Shown here: in pieces, positions 51,801-64,000 of the stretch
How positions within the stretch are numbered: the first letter of the stretch is position 1
Layout of the letters: each line of letters begins with the position of its first letter
NCBI GenBank assembly: GCA_040954595.2
Contig: CM082580.2
Span: 858,783-922,782, forward strand
Source of the DNA: Balanoglossus misakiensis
Taxonomy: Eukaryota; Animalia; Hemichordata
Reading direction: 5' to 3'
DNA: 64,000 nucleotides
The notes under the pieces: generated by a model
Told to the model about the DNA's origin: nothing
Databases searched by the model: none
Seen by the model: the letters and a program-made list of their open reading frames with translations, nothing else
Program-made: the position numbers and the translations under genes

Positions 51801-54800
51801 AAACACAGCCTCGTTTGTTTACAAAATTCTGTTGTGATGCGCAGAACACATATATAGGCCTATGCGCATAATAACGTTTTCCACTAGACTCTGTAGATCG
51901 ACGGATAGTTGTAAAATTTCCATGGTTGCTTCCAAACAGCCTCGTTTATTTACCGATTTCTGTTGTGAGGCGCAGAACACATGATAGGCCTATGCGCATG
52001 AGACATTTTTCCACTAGACTCTGTAGATCGACGGATAGTTGTAAAATTTCATGGTTGCTTCCAAATACAGCCTCGTTTATTTACCGATTTCTGTTGTGAG
52101 GCGCAGAACACATAGATAGGCCTATGTGCATAAGAAAGTTTTCCACTATAGACTCTGTAGATCGAGAGATAGTTCTAAAATGTCCATGGTTGCTTCCAAA
52201 CACAGCCTCGTTTGTTTACAAAATTCTGTTATGATGCGCAGAACACATATATAGGCCTATGCGCATAATAACGTTTTCCACTAGACTCTGTAGATCGACG
52301 GATAGTTGTAAAATTTCCATGGTTGCTTCCAAACAGCCTCGTTTATTTACCGAATTCTGTTGTGAGGCGCAGAACACATAGATAGGCATATGTGCATAAG
52401 AAAGTTTTCCACTATAGACTCTGTAGATCGAGAGATAGTTCTAAAATGTCCATGGTTGCTTCCAAACACAGCCTCGTTTGTTTACAAAATTCTGTTATGA
52501 TGCGCAGAACACATATATAGGCCTATGCGCATAATAACGTTTTCCACTAGACTCTGTAGATCGACGGATAGTTGTAAAATTTCCATGGTTGCTTCCAAAC
52601 AGCCTCGTTTATTTACCGAATTCTGTTGTGAGGCGCAGAACACATAGATAGGCATATGTGCATAAGAAAGTTTTCCACTATAGACTCTGTAGATCGAGAG
52701 ATAGTTCTAAAATGTCCATGGTTGCTACCATACACAGCCTCGTTTGTTTACAAAATTCTGTTGTGAATCGCAGAACACATATATAGGCCTATGCGCATAA
52801 GAACGTTTCCACTAGACTCTGTAGATCGACGGATTGCTGTAAAATTTCATGGTTGCTTCCAAATACAGCCTCGTTTATTTACCGATTTCTGTTGTGATGC
52901 GCATAACACATAGATAGGCCTATGCGCATAAGAACGTTTTACACTAGACTCTGTAGATCGACGGATAGTTGTACAATTTCCATGGTTGCTTCCAAACAGC
53001 TTCGTTTATTTACCGATTTCTGTTGTGAGGCGCAGAACACATGATAGGCCTATGCGCATAAGACATTTTTCCACTAGACTCTGTAGATCGACGGATAGTT
53101 CTAAAAGTTCCATGGTTGCTTCCAAACAGCCTCGTTTATTTACCGAATTCTGTTGTGAGGCGCAGAGCACGTAATAGGCCTATGCGCATTAGAAAGTTTT
53201 CCACCAGACTCTGTAGATCGACGGATAGTTGTAAAATTTCCATGGTTGCTTCCAAACAGCCTCGTTTATTTACCGATTTCTGTTGTGATGCGCAGAACAC
53301 ATAGATAGGCATATGTGCATAATAAAGTTTTCCACTAGACTCTGTAGATCGAGAGATAGTTCTAAAATTTCCATGGTTGCTTCCAAACACAGCCTCGTTT
53401 GTTTACAAAATTCTGTTGTGATGCGCAGAACACATATATAGGCCTATGCGCATAATAACGTTTTCCACTAGACTCTGTAGATCGACGGATAGTTGTAAAA
53501 TTTCCATGGTTGCTTCCAAACAGCCTCGTTTATTTACCGAATTCTGTTGTGAGGCGCAGAACACATAGATAGGCATATGTGCATAAGAAAGTTTTCCACT
53601 ATAGACTCTATAGATCGAGAGATAGTTCTAAAATGTCCATGGTTGCTTCCAAACACAGCCTCGTTTGTTTACAAAATTCTGTTGTGATGCGCAGAACACA
53701 TATATAGGCCTATGCGCATAAGAGCGTTTCCACTAGACTCTGTAGATCGACGGATAGCTGTAAAATTTCCATGGTTGCTTTTAAACAGCCTCGTTTATTT
53801 ACCGATTTCTGTTGTGAGGCGCAGAACACATAGATAGGCATATGTGCATAAGAAAGTTTTCCACTATAGACTCTGTAGATCGAGAGATAGTTCTAAAATG
53901 TCCATGGTTGCTACCAAACACAGCCTCGTTTGTTTACAAAATTCTGTTGTGATGCGCAGAACACATATATAGGCCTATGCGCATAAGAACGTTTCCACTA
54001 GACTCTGTAGATCGACGGATAGCTGTAAAATTTCCATGGTTGCTTCCAAACAGCCTCGTTTATTTACCGATTTCTGTTGTGAGGCGCAGAACACATGATA
54101 GGCCTATGCGCATGAGACATTTTTCCACTAGACTCTGTAGATCGACGGATAGTTGTAAAATTTCACGGTTGCTTCCAAATACAGCCTCGTTTATTTACCG
54201 ATTTCTGTTGTGAGGCGCAGAACACATAGATAGGCCTATGTGCATAAGAAAGTTTTCCACTATAGACTCTGTAGATCGAGAGATAGTTCTAAAATGTCCA
54301 TGGTTGCTTCCAAACACAGCCTCGTTTGTTTACAAAATTCTGTTGTGATGCGCAGAACACATATATAGGCCTATGCGCATAATAACGTTTTCCACTAGAC
54401 TCTGTAGATCGACGGATAGTTGTAAAATTTCCATGGTTGCTTCCAAACAGCCTCGTTTATTTACCGAATTCTGTTGTGAGGCGCAGAACACATAGATAGG
54501 CATATGTGCATAAGAAAGTTTTCCACTATAGACTCTGTAGATCGAGAGATAGTTCTAAAATGTCCATGGTTGCTACCAAACACAGCCTCGTTTGTTTACA
54601 AAATTCTGTTGTGATGCGCAGAACACATATATAGGCCTATGCGCATAAGAACGTTTCCACTAGACTCTGTAGATCGACGGATAGCTGTAAAATTTCATGG
54701 TTGCTTCCAAATACAGCCTCGTTTATTTACCGATTTCTGTTGTGATGCGCATAACACATAGATAGGCCTATGCGCATAAGAACGTTTTACACTAGACTCT

Positions 54801-57800
54801 GTAGATCGACGGATAGTTGTACAATTTCCATGGTTGCTTCCAAACAGCCTCGTTTATTTACCGATTTCTGTTGTGAGGCGCAGAACACATGATAGGCCTA
54901 TGCGCATAAGACATTTTTCCACTAGACTCTGTAGATCGACAGATAGTTCTAAAATTTCCATGGTTGCTTCCAAACAGCCTCGTTTATTTACCGAATTCTG
55001 TTGTGAGGCGCAGAGCACGTAATAGGCCTATGCGCATAAGAAAGTTTTCCACCAGACTCTGTAGATCGACGGATAGTTGTACAATTTCCATGGTTGCTTC
55101 CAAACAGCCTCGTTTATTTACCGATTTCTGTTGTGATGCGCAGAACACATAGATAGGCATATGTGCATAATAAAGTTTTCCACTAGACTCTGTAGATCGA
55201 GAGATAGTTCTAAAATTTCCATGGTTGCTTCCAAACACAGCCTCGTTTGTTTACAAAATTCTGTTGTGATGCGCAGAACACATATATAGGCCTATGCGCA
55301 TAATAACGTTTTCCACTAGACTCTGTAGATCGACGGATAGTTGTAAAATTTCCATGGTTGCTTCCAAACAGCCTCGTTTATTTACCGAATTCTGTTGTGA
55401 GGCGCAGAACACGTAATAGGTCTATGCGCATAACGAAGTTTTCCACCAGACTCTGTAGATCGACGGATAGTTCTAAAATGTCCATGGTTGCTTCCAAACA
55501 CAGCCTCGTTTATTTACCGATTTCTGTTGTGATGCGCATAACACATAGATAGGCCTATGCGCATAAGAACGTTTTCCACTAGACTCTGTAGATCGACGGA
55601 TAGTTGTACAATTTCCATGGTTGCTTCCAAACAGCATCGTTTATTTACCGAATTCTGTTGTGAGGCGCAGAACACGTAATAGGTCTATGCGCATAAGGAA
55701 GTTTTCCACCAGACTCTGTAGATCGACGGATAGTTGTAAAATTTCATGGTTGCTTTCAAATACAGCCTCGTTTATTTACCGATTTCTGTTGTGATGCGCA
55801 TAACACATAGATAGGCCTATGCGCATAAGAACGTTTTCCACTAGACTATGTAGATCGACGGATAGTTGTACAATTTCCATGGTTGCTTCCAAACAGCCTC
55901 GTTTATTTACCGATTTCTGTTGTGAGGCGCAGAACACATGATAGGCCTATGCGCATAAGACATTTTTTCCACTAGACTCTGTAGATCGACGGATAGTTCT
56001 AAAATTTCCATGGTTGCTTCCAAACAGCCTCGTTTATTTACCGAATTCTGTTGTGAGGCGCAGAGCACGCAATAGGCCTATGCGCATAAGAAAGTTTTCC
56101 ACCAGACTCCGTAGATCGACGGATAGTTGTAAAAGTTCCATGGTTGTTTCCAAACACAGCCTCGTTCATTTACAAAATTCTGTTGTGATGCGCTGAACAC
56201 ATACATATGCCTATGCGCATAAGAAAGTTTCCCACTAGACTCTGTAGATCGACGGATAGTTCTAAAATTTCCATGATTTCTTCCAAACACATCCTCGATT
56301 GTTTACAAAATTCTGTTGTGATGCGCAGAACACATAGATAGGCCTGTGCGCATATGAACGTTTTCCACTATACACTGTAGATCCAGAGATAGTTCTAAAA
56401 CTTCCATGTTTGCTTCCAAACAGCCTCGTTTATTTGCGGAATTCTGTTTTGAGGCGCAGAACACATAGATAGGCATATGTGAATAAGAAAGTTTTCCACT
56501 ATAGACTCTGTAGATCGAGAGATAGTTCTAAAATTTCCATGGTTGCTTTTAAACAGCCTCGTTTATTTACCGATTTCTGTTGTGAGGCGCAGAACACATA
56601 GATAGGCCTATGCGCATAAAAAACTTTTCAACTTTAGATCAACGGATAGTTCAAAAATTTCCATGGTTGTTTCCAAACAGCCTCGTTTATTTACCGAATT
56701 CTGTTGTGATGCGTAGAACACATACATATGCCTATGCGCATAAGAAAGTTTTCCACTAGACTCCGTAGATCGACGAATAGTTCTAAAATGTCCATGGTTG
56801 CTTCCAAACAGCCTCGTTTATTGACGGAATTCTGTTTTGAGGCGCAGAACACATAGATAGGCATATGTGCATAAGAAAGTTTTCCACTATAGACTCTGTA
56901 CATCGAGAGATAGTTCTAAAATTTCCATGGTTGCTTCCAAACACAGCCTCGTTTGTTTACAAAATTCTGTTGTGATGCGCAGAACACATATATAGGCCTA
57001 TGCGCATAAGAACGTTTTCCACTAGACTCTGTAGATCGACGGATAGTTCTAAAATTTCCATGGTTGCTTCCAAACAGCCTCGTTTATTTACCGAATTCTG
57101 TTGTGAGGCACAGAACACATTGATAGGCCTATGTGCATAAGAAAGTTTTCCACTATAGACTCTGTAGATCGAGAGATAGTTCTAAAATGTCCATGGTTGC
57201 TTCCAAACACAGCCTCGTTTGTTTACAAAATTCTGTTGTGATGCGCAGAACACATATATAGGCCTATGCGCATAATAACGTTTTCCACTAGACTCTGTAG
57301 ATCGACGGATAGTTGTAAAATTTCCATGGTTGCTTCCAAACAGCCTCGTTTATTTACCGAATTCTGTTGTGAGGCGCAGAACACATAGATAGGCATATGT
57401 GCATAAGAAAGTTTTCCACTATAGACTCTGTAGATCGAGAGATAGTTCTAAAATGTCCATGGTTGCTAGCAAACACAGCCTCGTTTGTTTACAAAATTCT
57501 GTTGTGATGCGCAGAACACATATATAGGCCTATGCGCATAAGAACGTTTCCACTAGACTCTGTAGATCGACGGATAGCTGTAAAATTTCCATGGTTGCTT
57601 CCAAACAGCCTCGTTTATTTACCGATTTCTGTTGTGAGGCGCAGAACACATGATAGGCCTATGCGCATGAGACATTTTTCCACTAGACTCTGTAGATCGA
57701 CGGATAGCTGTAAAATTTCCCTGGTTGCTTCCAAACAGCCTCGTTTATTTACCGATTTCTGTTGTGAGGCGCAGAACACATGATAGGCCTATGCGCATGA

Positions 57801-59856
57801 GACATTTTTCCACTAGACTCTGTAGATCGACGGATAGTTGTAAAATTTCCATGGTTGCTTCCAAACAGCCTCGTTTATTTACCGAATTCTGTTGTGAGGC
57901 GCAGAACACGTAATAGGTCTATGCGCATAAGGAAGTTTTCCACCAGACTCTGTAGATCGACGGATAGTTGTAAAATTTCATGGTTGCTTCCAAATACAGC
58001 CTCGTTTATTTACCGATTTCTGTTGTGAAGCGCATAACACATAGATAGGCCTATGCGCATAAGAACGTTTTCCACTAGACTCTTTAGATCGACGGATAGT
58101 TGTACAATTTCCATGGTTGCTTCCAAACAGCCTCGTTTATTTACCGATTTCTGTTGTGAGGCGCAGAACACATGATAGGCCTATGCGCATAAGAAAGTTT
58201 TCCACCAGACTCTGTAGATCGACGGATAGTTGTAAAATTTCCATGGTTGCTTCCAAACAGCCTCGTTTATTTACCGATTTCTGTTGTGATGCGCAGAACA
58301 CATAGATAGGCATATGTGCATAATAAAGTTTTCCACTAGACTCTGTAGATCGAGAGATAGTTCTAAAATTTCCATGGTTGCTTCCAAACACAGCCTCGTT
58401 TGTTTACAAAATTCTGTTGTGATGCGCAGAACACATATATAGGCCTATGCGCATAATAACGTTTTCCACTAGACTCTGTAGATCGACGGATAGTTGTAAA
58501 ATTTCCATGGTTGCTTCCAAACAGCCTCGTTTATTTACCGAATTCTGTTGTGAGGCGCAGAACACATAGATAGGCATATGTGCATAAGAAAGTTTTCCAC
58601 TATAGACTCTGTAGATCGAGAGATAGTTCTAAAATGTCCATGGTTGCTTCCAAACACAGCCTCGTTTGTTTACAAAATTCTGTTGTGATGCGCAGAACAC
58701 ATATATAGGCCTATGCGCATAATAACGTTTTCCACTAGACTCTGTAGATCGACGGATAGCTGTAAAATTTCCATGGTTGCTTCCAAACAGCCTCGTTTAT
58801 TTACCGAATTCTGTTGTGAGGCGCAGAACACATAGATAGGCATATGTGCATAAGAAAGTTTTCCACTACAGACTCTGTAGATCGAGAGATAGTTCTAAAA
58901 TGTCCATGGTTGCTTCCAAACACAGCCTCGTTTATTTACCGATTTCTGTTGTGATGCGCATAACACATAGATAGGCCTATGCGCATAAGAACGTTTTCCA
59001 CTAGACTCTGTAGATCGACGGATAGCTGTAAAATTTCCATGGTTGCTTCCAAACAGCCTCGTTTATTTACCGATTTCTGTTGTGAGGCGCAGAACACATG
59101 ATAGGCCTATGCGCATAAGAAAGTTTTCCACCAGACTCTGTAGATCGACGGATAGTTGTAAAATTTCCATGGTTGCTTCCAAACAGCCTCGTTTATTTAC
59201 CGATTTCTGTTGTGATGCGCAGAACACATAGATAGGCATATGTGCATAATAAAGTTTTCCACTAGACTCTGTAGATCGAGAGATAGTTCTAAAATTTCCA
59301 TGGTTGCTTCCAAACACAGCCTCGTTTGTTTACAAAATTCTGTTGTGATGCGCAGAACACATATATAGGCCTATGCGCATAATAACGTTTTCCACTAGAC
59401 TCTGTAGATCGACGGATAGTTGTAAAATTTCCATGGTTGCTTCCAAACAGCCTCGTTTATTTACCGAATTCTGTTGTGAGGCGCAGAACACATAGATAGG
59501 CATATGTGCATAAGAAAGTTTTCCACTATAGACTCTGTAGATCGAGAGATAGTTCTAAAATGTCCATGGTTGCTACCAAACACAGCCTCGTTTGTTTACA
59601 AAATTCTGTTGTGATGCGCAGAACACATATATAGGCCTATGCGCATAAGAACGTTTCCACTAGACTCTGTAGATCGACGGATAGCTGTAAAATTTCCATG
59701 GTTGCTTCCAAACAGCCTCGTTTATTTACCGATTTCTGTTGTGAGGCGCAGAACACATGATAGGCCTATGCGCATGAGACATTTTTCCACTAGACTCTGT
59801 AGATCGACGGATAGCTGTAAAATTTCCATGGTTGCTTCCAAACAGCCTCGTTTATT
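18844..59856 (+). repeat. Satellite DNA array, ~130-133-bp monomer, ~41 kb (~310 copies), single orientation
   Basis: Consensus GCGCAGAACACATAGATAGGCCTATGCGCATAAGAAAGTTTTCCACTAGACTCTGTAGATCGACGGATAGTTGTAAAATTTCCATGGTTGCTTCCAAACAGCCTCGTTTATTTACCGAATTCTGTTGTGAG repeated head-to-tail; no foreign insertion seen. Confidence 0.98.
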
Positions 59857-59911
59857 GGGGGCACAAGCGCCCTCAGGCGGCTTGTGCCCCCATTGGTATT
59901 GTTGGAATTTT

Positions 59912-61084
59912 TTAGGGCCCAAGCGCAAGCCAGCGCTTGGGCCCTATTGGTTTCGTTGGGGTTTTTCTTTCTTCTTTCTTTCTTTCTTTCTTTATTCTTG
60001 TGTCAATTCTTTGTCGCTCTAGATCTCAGACACCACTGCAGATACAGTTCTCAAACTTGCTACAGTGGTCAAGGTCAATGAGTAGTCGTGCATTGAACCC
60101 ATGAATTTTTAATTCGTCACATGACCTGGCGGCCATATTGGATTTTCTGAAAAAATGCAAATCTCAGATCTCAGAAACTACAAGTCAGATCGACTTCAAA
60201 TTTGGCGTGCAGGTAGACTACCTTCTGTCAATCATTTTTGTAATTGGAAATTATGCTGACAAAGTTGCAGTTTTTTTGCTACAATTTTTTTTCTGAAATC
60301 TGGCTTAAATTTCAAAAATCTTCTTCTCCAGAACCGGTGATAACCAAGACACGGGGTTTGGGGTATGTGGTCACCTAACTGATGTCTATCAAGTTTGCGA
60401 AGATCATTGTGATTGGTTGAAGATTATGGCGGCCATATTGGATTTTCGAAAAACCCTAGTAAAATTGCAAAATTCTTCTTCTCAAGAACCGGCGATAACC
60501 GAGTCACAAGATTTGGTGTGTGTGGTCATTAAACGGATGTCTATCAAGTTTGCGAAGGGGAATGTGATTGGTCGAAGATTATGGCGGCCATATTGGATTT
60601 TGTGAAAAACGATTAAAAAGTAAAAATTCCTTTTCTAGCCTAAAAATTGATAGCACAGAAATTCTTTTTATGGATATGAATCATCATATGACAAGAATAA
60701 CCTATAAATATTTTGGTAATTTTGGCAATGACCTTTGACCTACTTTTGACGAATCATTTTTCTGCATATCTAATTCCAGGCTAACCAATAGGGCTATAAG
60801 TTTGGTTTTTGATGTATGTGGATTTGTATGTGATCAAAAAATTTTGCTACTTTTCATGACCCCTTTGACCTCTGGTGACCTCATTAAATATGCATATACC
60901 TAATTACAGATGAACCAATAGACCTAGAGGTTTTGTTTTTGTTATACATGGACCAGTATGGGGTCAAAATATTTTGCCCAAATGTTGGGTGACCTCGGGT
61001 GACTTTTGACCTACTTAACACTATATTAGCATCAGATCAGATAATAGAGCTTGGGCCCGGACAATGCTGCTTGCAGCTTTAATT
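59912..61084 (+). mobile_element. HINE family A, copy 1
   Basis: 5' GGGCCCAAGC..GCTTGGGCCC, (TTTC)n microsatellite, internal repeats, 3' GCTTGGGCCCGGACAATGCTGCTTGCAGCTTTAATT. Confidence 0.8.
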
Positions 61085-62549
61085 ACGGGCCCAAGCCAAG
61101 CCAGGCTTGGGCCCGTATTGGTTTCGTTGGAATTTTTCTTTCTTTATTCTTATGTCAATCTTTGCTCTCCTAGATCTCTGAAACGGCTACAGGTACACTT
61201 CTCAAACTTGCTACAGTGGTCAAGGTCAATGAGTAGATGTGCAGTGGCTTGTGAATATTTAATTAGTCACGTGACCTGGCGGCCATATTGGATTTTCTGA
61301 AAATGTTTAAATGGCTTCTTCTCAAAAACCACAGGGCCAATCAAGTTCAAATTTGGTGTATGGTACACATGTCCTCTGCCCTTCAAAAATTGACAATAAA
61401 ATCCTGAGCGGTCACGTGACCTTGGCCGCCATATTGGATTTTCGAAAAAGTACAGTAAAATCTTCAAAAATCTTCTTCTCCAGAACCGGCAATAACCGAG
61501 TCATGGGATTTAGGGTATGACATCACCTAACTGATGTCTATCAAGTTTGCGAAGAGCGTTGTGATTGGTCAAAGATTATGGCGGCCATATTGGATTTTGT
61601 AAAAACCAGTGAAAAGTAAGAAATCATTTTTCTAGTCTAAAAATAGATAGCATACAAATTCTTTTTGTGGATATGAGTCGTCATATGACTAGAATATGTT
61701 GCAAATTTTTTGGCAATTTTCACATGACCTTTGACCTACTTTTTTAAGAACCTGCATATATGCATATATAGCTCATACTACCTGTTCTAAATGTACCAGA
61801 GTTCTGATTTTTGTGCACATTGGTATCACCCCTGCCAGGACCTACCCCAAATATTTTGGTAATTTTGGCAATGACCTTTGACCTACTTTTGACACATCGT
61901 TTTTTCTGCATATCTAATTCCAGGCTAACCAATAGGGCTATAAGTTTGGTTTTTGATGTATGTGGATTTGTATGTGATCAAATAATTTTGCTACTTTTCG
62001 TGACCCCTTTGACCTCTGCTGACCTCATTAAATATGCACATACCTAATTACAGATGAACCAATAGACCTAGAGGTTTTGTTTTTTTTATACATGGACCTT
62101 TATGGTGTCAAAATATTTTGCCCAAATGTTGGGTGACCTCGGGTGACCTTTGACCTACTTTTGCATATCTCGACATCCACAGCAGATACAGCCTTGGCGT
62201 TTGGAGGTATGGGGCCATAATGAAAAGCCAAAGTTTTGGGTCACCTGTGACACCTGCTTAACTCATTATTTATGTCCATACCTAATTCCGGGCTAACCAA
62301 AAGGGCTAGAGGTCTGGTTTTTGTTGGACATGGACCACTATGGGTCAAAATTTTCTGCCCAAATTGTGGGTGACCTCTGGGTGACCTTTGACCTACTTAA
62401 CACTATATCAACACCAAACATAGATATAACCTTGATATTTCATGGGATAAAACACAGCATTATGTTTCTACTCATTAATTATGTGCATTTCTAATAATCA
62501 GACCAGATAATAGAGCTTGGGCCCGGACAATGCTGCTTGCAGCTTTAAT
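61085..62549 (+). mobile_element. HINE family A, copy 2 (head-to-tail with copy 1)
   Basis: Same termini as copy 1; carries more internal TGACCTTTGACC-containing ~135-bp repeat units. Confidence 0.8.
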
Positions 62550-63761
62550 CTTTATTATTATTCTTCTTCTGCAAATAATCGGCCAGGTAGATCTGGAAAA
62601 CCGCAGCACCTAGGGGGCTGAAACTTGGTAGGGTGGTAGGGGCCAATGAGTAGACGTGCAGTGGCTCGTGAATATTTAATTAGTCACGTGACCTGGCGGC
62701 CATATTGGATTTCCTGAAAATCATTAAATGAGTCCTTCTCAAAAACCACTGGGCCGATCGAGTTCAAATTTGGTGTGCAGGTAGCCTACCTTATGTCCAT
62801 CATTTTACCCCATTAAAATCATGACGTCATACATAAAGTTTTTTTGCTACAATCGTTTTTCTGAAAAACTACTTATAACTTTAAAAATCTTCTTCTCCAG
62901 AACCAGCAGTTACCGAGTCTCGGGATTTGGGATATGTGGTCACCTAACCTATGTCTATCAAGTTTGCGAAGCGCACTGTGATTGGTCGATCATTATGGCG
63001 GCCATGTTGGATTTTCGGAAAACCATTGAAAAGTGATAATTCCGTTTTGTAGCCAAAATGTTGACAGCATGGAAATTCTTTTTTTGGATATGAGTCATCA
63101 TATGACCGGAAGTTGTCACAATTTTTCGGGGCAATTTTCGGATGACCTTTGACCCAGTTTTAAAACAACTAATTATATATGCATATTCCCCATACCTCCT
63201 CTTGTCAAAGCACCACAGTCATGAATTTTGTGGACATGGGTACCAATGCTGCCAGGACATGACACAAATATTTTGGTAATTTTGACAATGACCTTTGACC
63301 TATTTCTGAAACATCATTTTTCTGCATATCTAATTCCATGCTACCCAATAGGGCTAGAGGTCTGGTATTGGTTGGACATGGCCCACTCTGGGGTCAAAAT
63401 TTTATGCCCAAATTTTTGGTGACCTTGGATGACCTTTGATCTACTTTCCCATATCTCAGCATCCACAGCAGTTAGAGTCCTGGCTTTTGGAGGGCCGATG
63501 GAGCACATATGGAGTCTTACACAAGACCTCATTAATTATGCGCATACCTAATTCTAGACGAACAAATAGAGCTAGGGGTCTGGTTTTTGTTGGATCTAGG
63601 CTAGTATAGTGTCCAATTTTTTTGCCCAATTTTGGGGTGACCTCAGGTGACCTTTGACCTACTTTCCCATATCTTGGTATCCCCAGCAGATACAGCCGTG
63701 GCATTTGCTGGTCACCATGGGAACCGCTTGTGCCCCGCCAACGCTGCTTGCAGCTTTAATT

Positions 63762-64000
63762 AGGGGCACAAGCCTATCGGGCTTGTGCCCCTATTGGTAT
63801 TGTTGGAATTTTTCTTTATTAGGGGCACAAGCCTATCGGGCTTGTGCCCCTATTGGTATTGTTGGAATTTTTACGGGCCCAAGCCAAGCCAGGCTTGGGC
63901 CCGTATTGGTTTCGTTGGGGTTTTTCTTTCTTTCTTTATTCTTATGTCAATTCTTTGCTCTCCTAGATCTCTGAAACGGCTACAGGTACACTTCTCAAAC
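63762..64000 (+). mobile_element. Stacked HINE 5' ends: B (63762), B (63821), A (63873, continuing past the window edge)
   Basis: AGGGGCACAAGCCTATCGGGCTTGTGCCCCTATTGG occurs twice, followed by ACGGGCCCAAGCCAAGCCAGGCTTGGGCCC; each start sits in a T run of the preceding element. Confidence 0.75.

Larger units (their letters stand above)
59857..63761 (+). mobile_element. Non-autonomous Helentron-like element (HINE), family B, split by two family-A copies (B parts ~59857-59911 and 62550-63761)
   Basis: 5' hairpin GGGGCACAAGC..GCTTGTGCCCC then ATTGGTATTGTTGGAATTTT. The body resumes at CTTTATTATTATTCTTC (62550). 3' subTIR GCTTGTGCCCC, hairpin GCTGCTTGCAGC, then TTTAATT. Confidence 0.75.

Noticed and set aside
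18844-59856. CRISPR-like array
   Set aside because: Whole monomers are repeated with no unique spacers, there are no cas genes, and the context is eukaryotic.
18751-59928. More than 100 short ORFs (MLPNSLVYL..., MFCASQQNS...) as a repeat-protein family
   Set aside because: They are translations of the satellite. Monomer lengths of 130-133 bp shift the frame, many starts are TTG, and stops are frequent.

Overview
Eukaryotic (animal, probably marine invertebrate; inferred from the TE repertoire and spliceosomal exons) repeat-rich window with no intact gene. (1) 1-5.5 kb, minus strand: decayed Academ-like DDE transposase with an embedded OTU-like protease domain, split by a TTAA-flanked Kolobok-like MITE (287-1082) and a 5'-truncated L1/Tx1 LINE with a 14-bp TSD (1610-3322). 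(2) 6.2-11.5 kb, minus strand: orphan exons missed or only partly captured by the ORF track: a MED25-like VWA exon, two Q/P/S-rich exons and two calcium-binding EGF exons, with premature stops, interleaved with MITEs and a SINE. (3) 11.8-14.2 kb: a BEN-domain pseudogene in an EnSpm/CACTA-like remnant nested in a Harbinger-like MITE; 15.6-17.2 kb: a foldback-type repeat. (4) 18.84-59.86 kb: ~41 kb uninterrupted satellite of ~130-133-bp monomers (~310 copies) with mosaic, layered higher-order duplications. (5) 59.86-64 kb: nested and tandem non-autonomous Helentron-like (HINE) elements of two families, inserted at a TT inside the last satellite monomer. Almost all short ORFs in the track are artefacts of the repeats. 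Family assignments come from motif recognition only; no database search was run.
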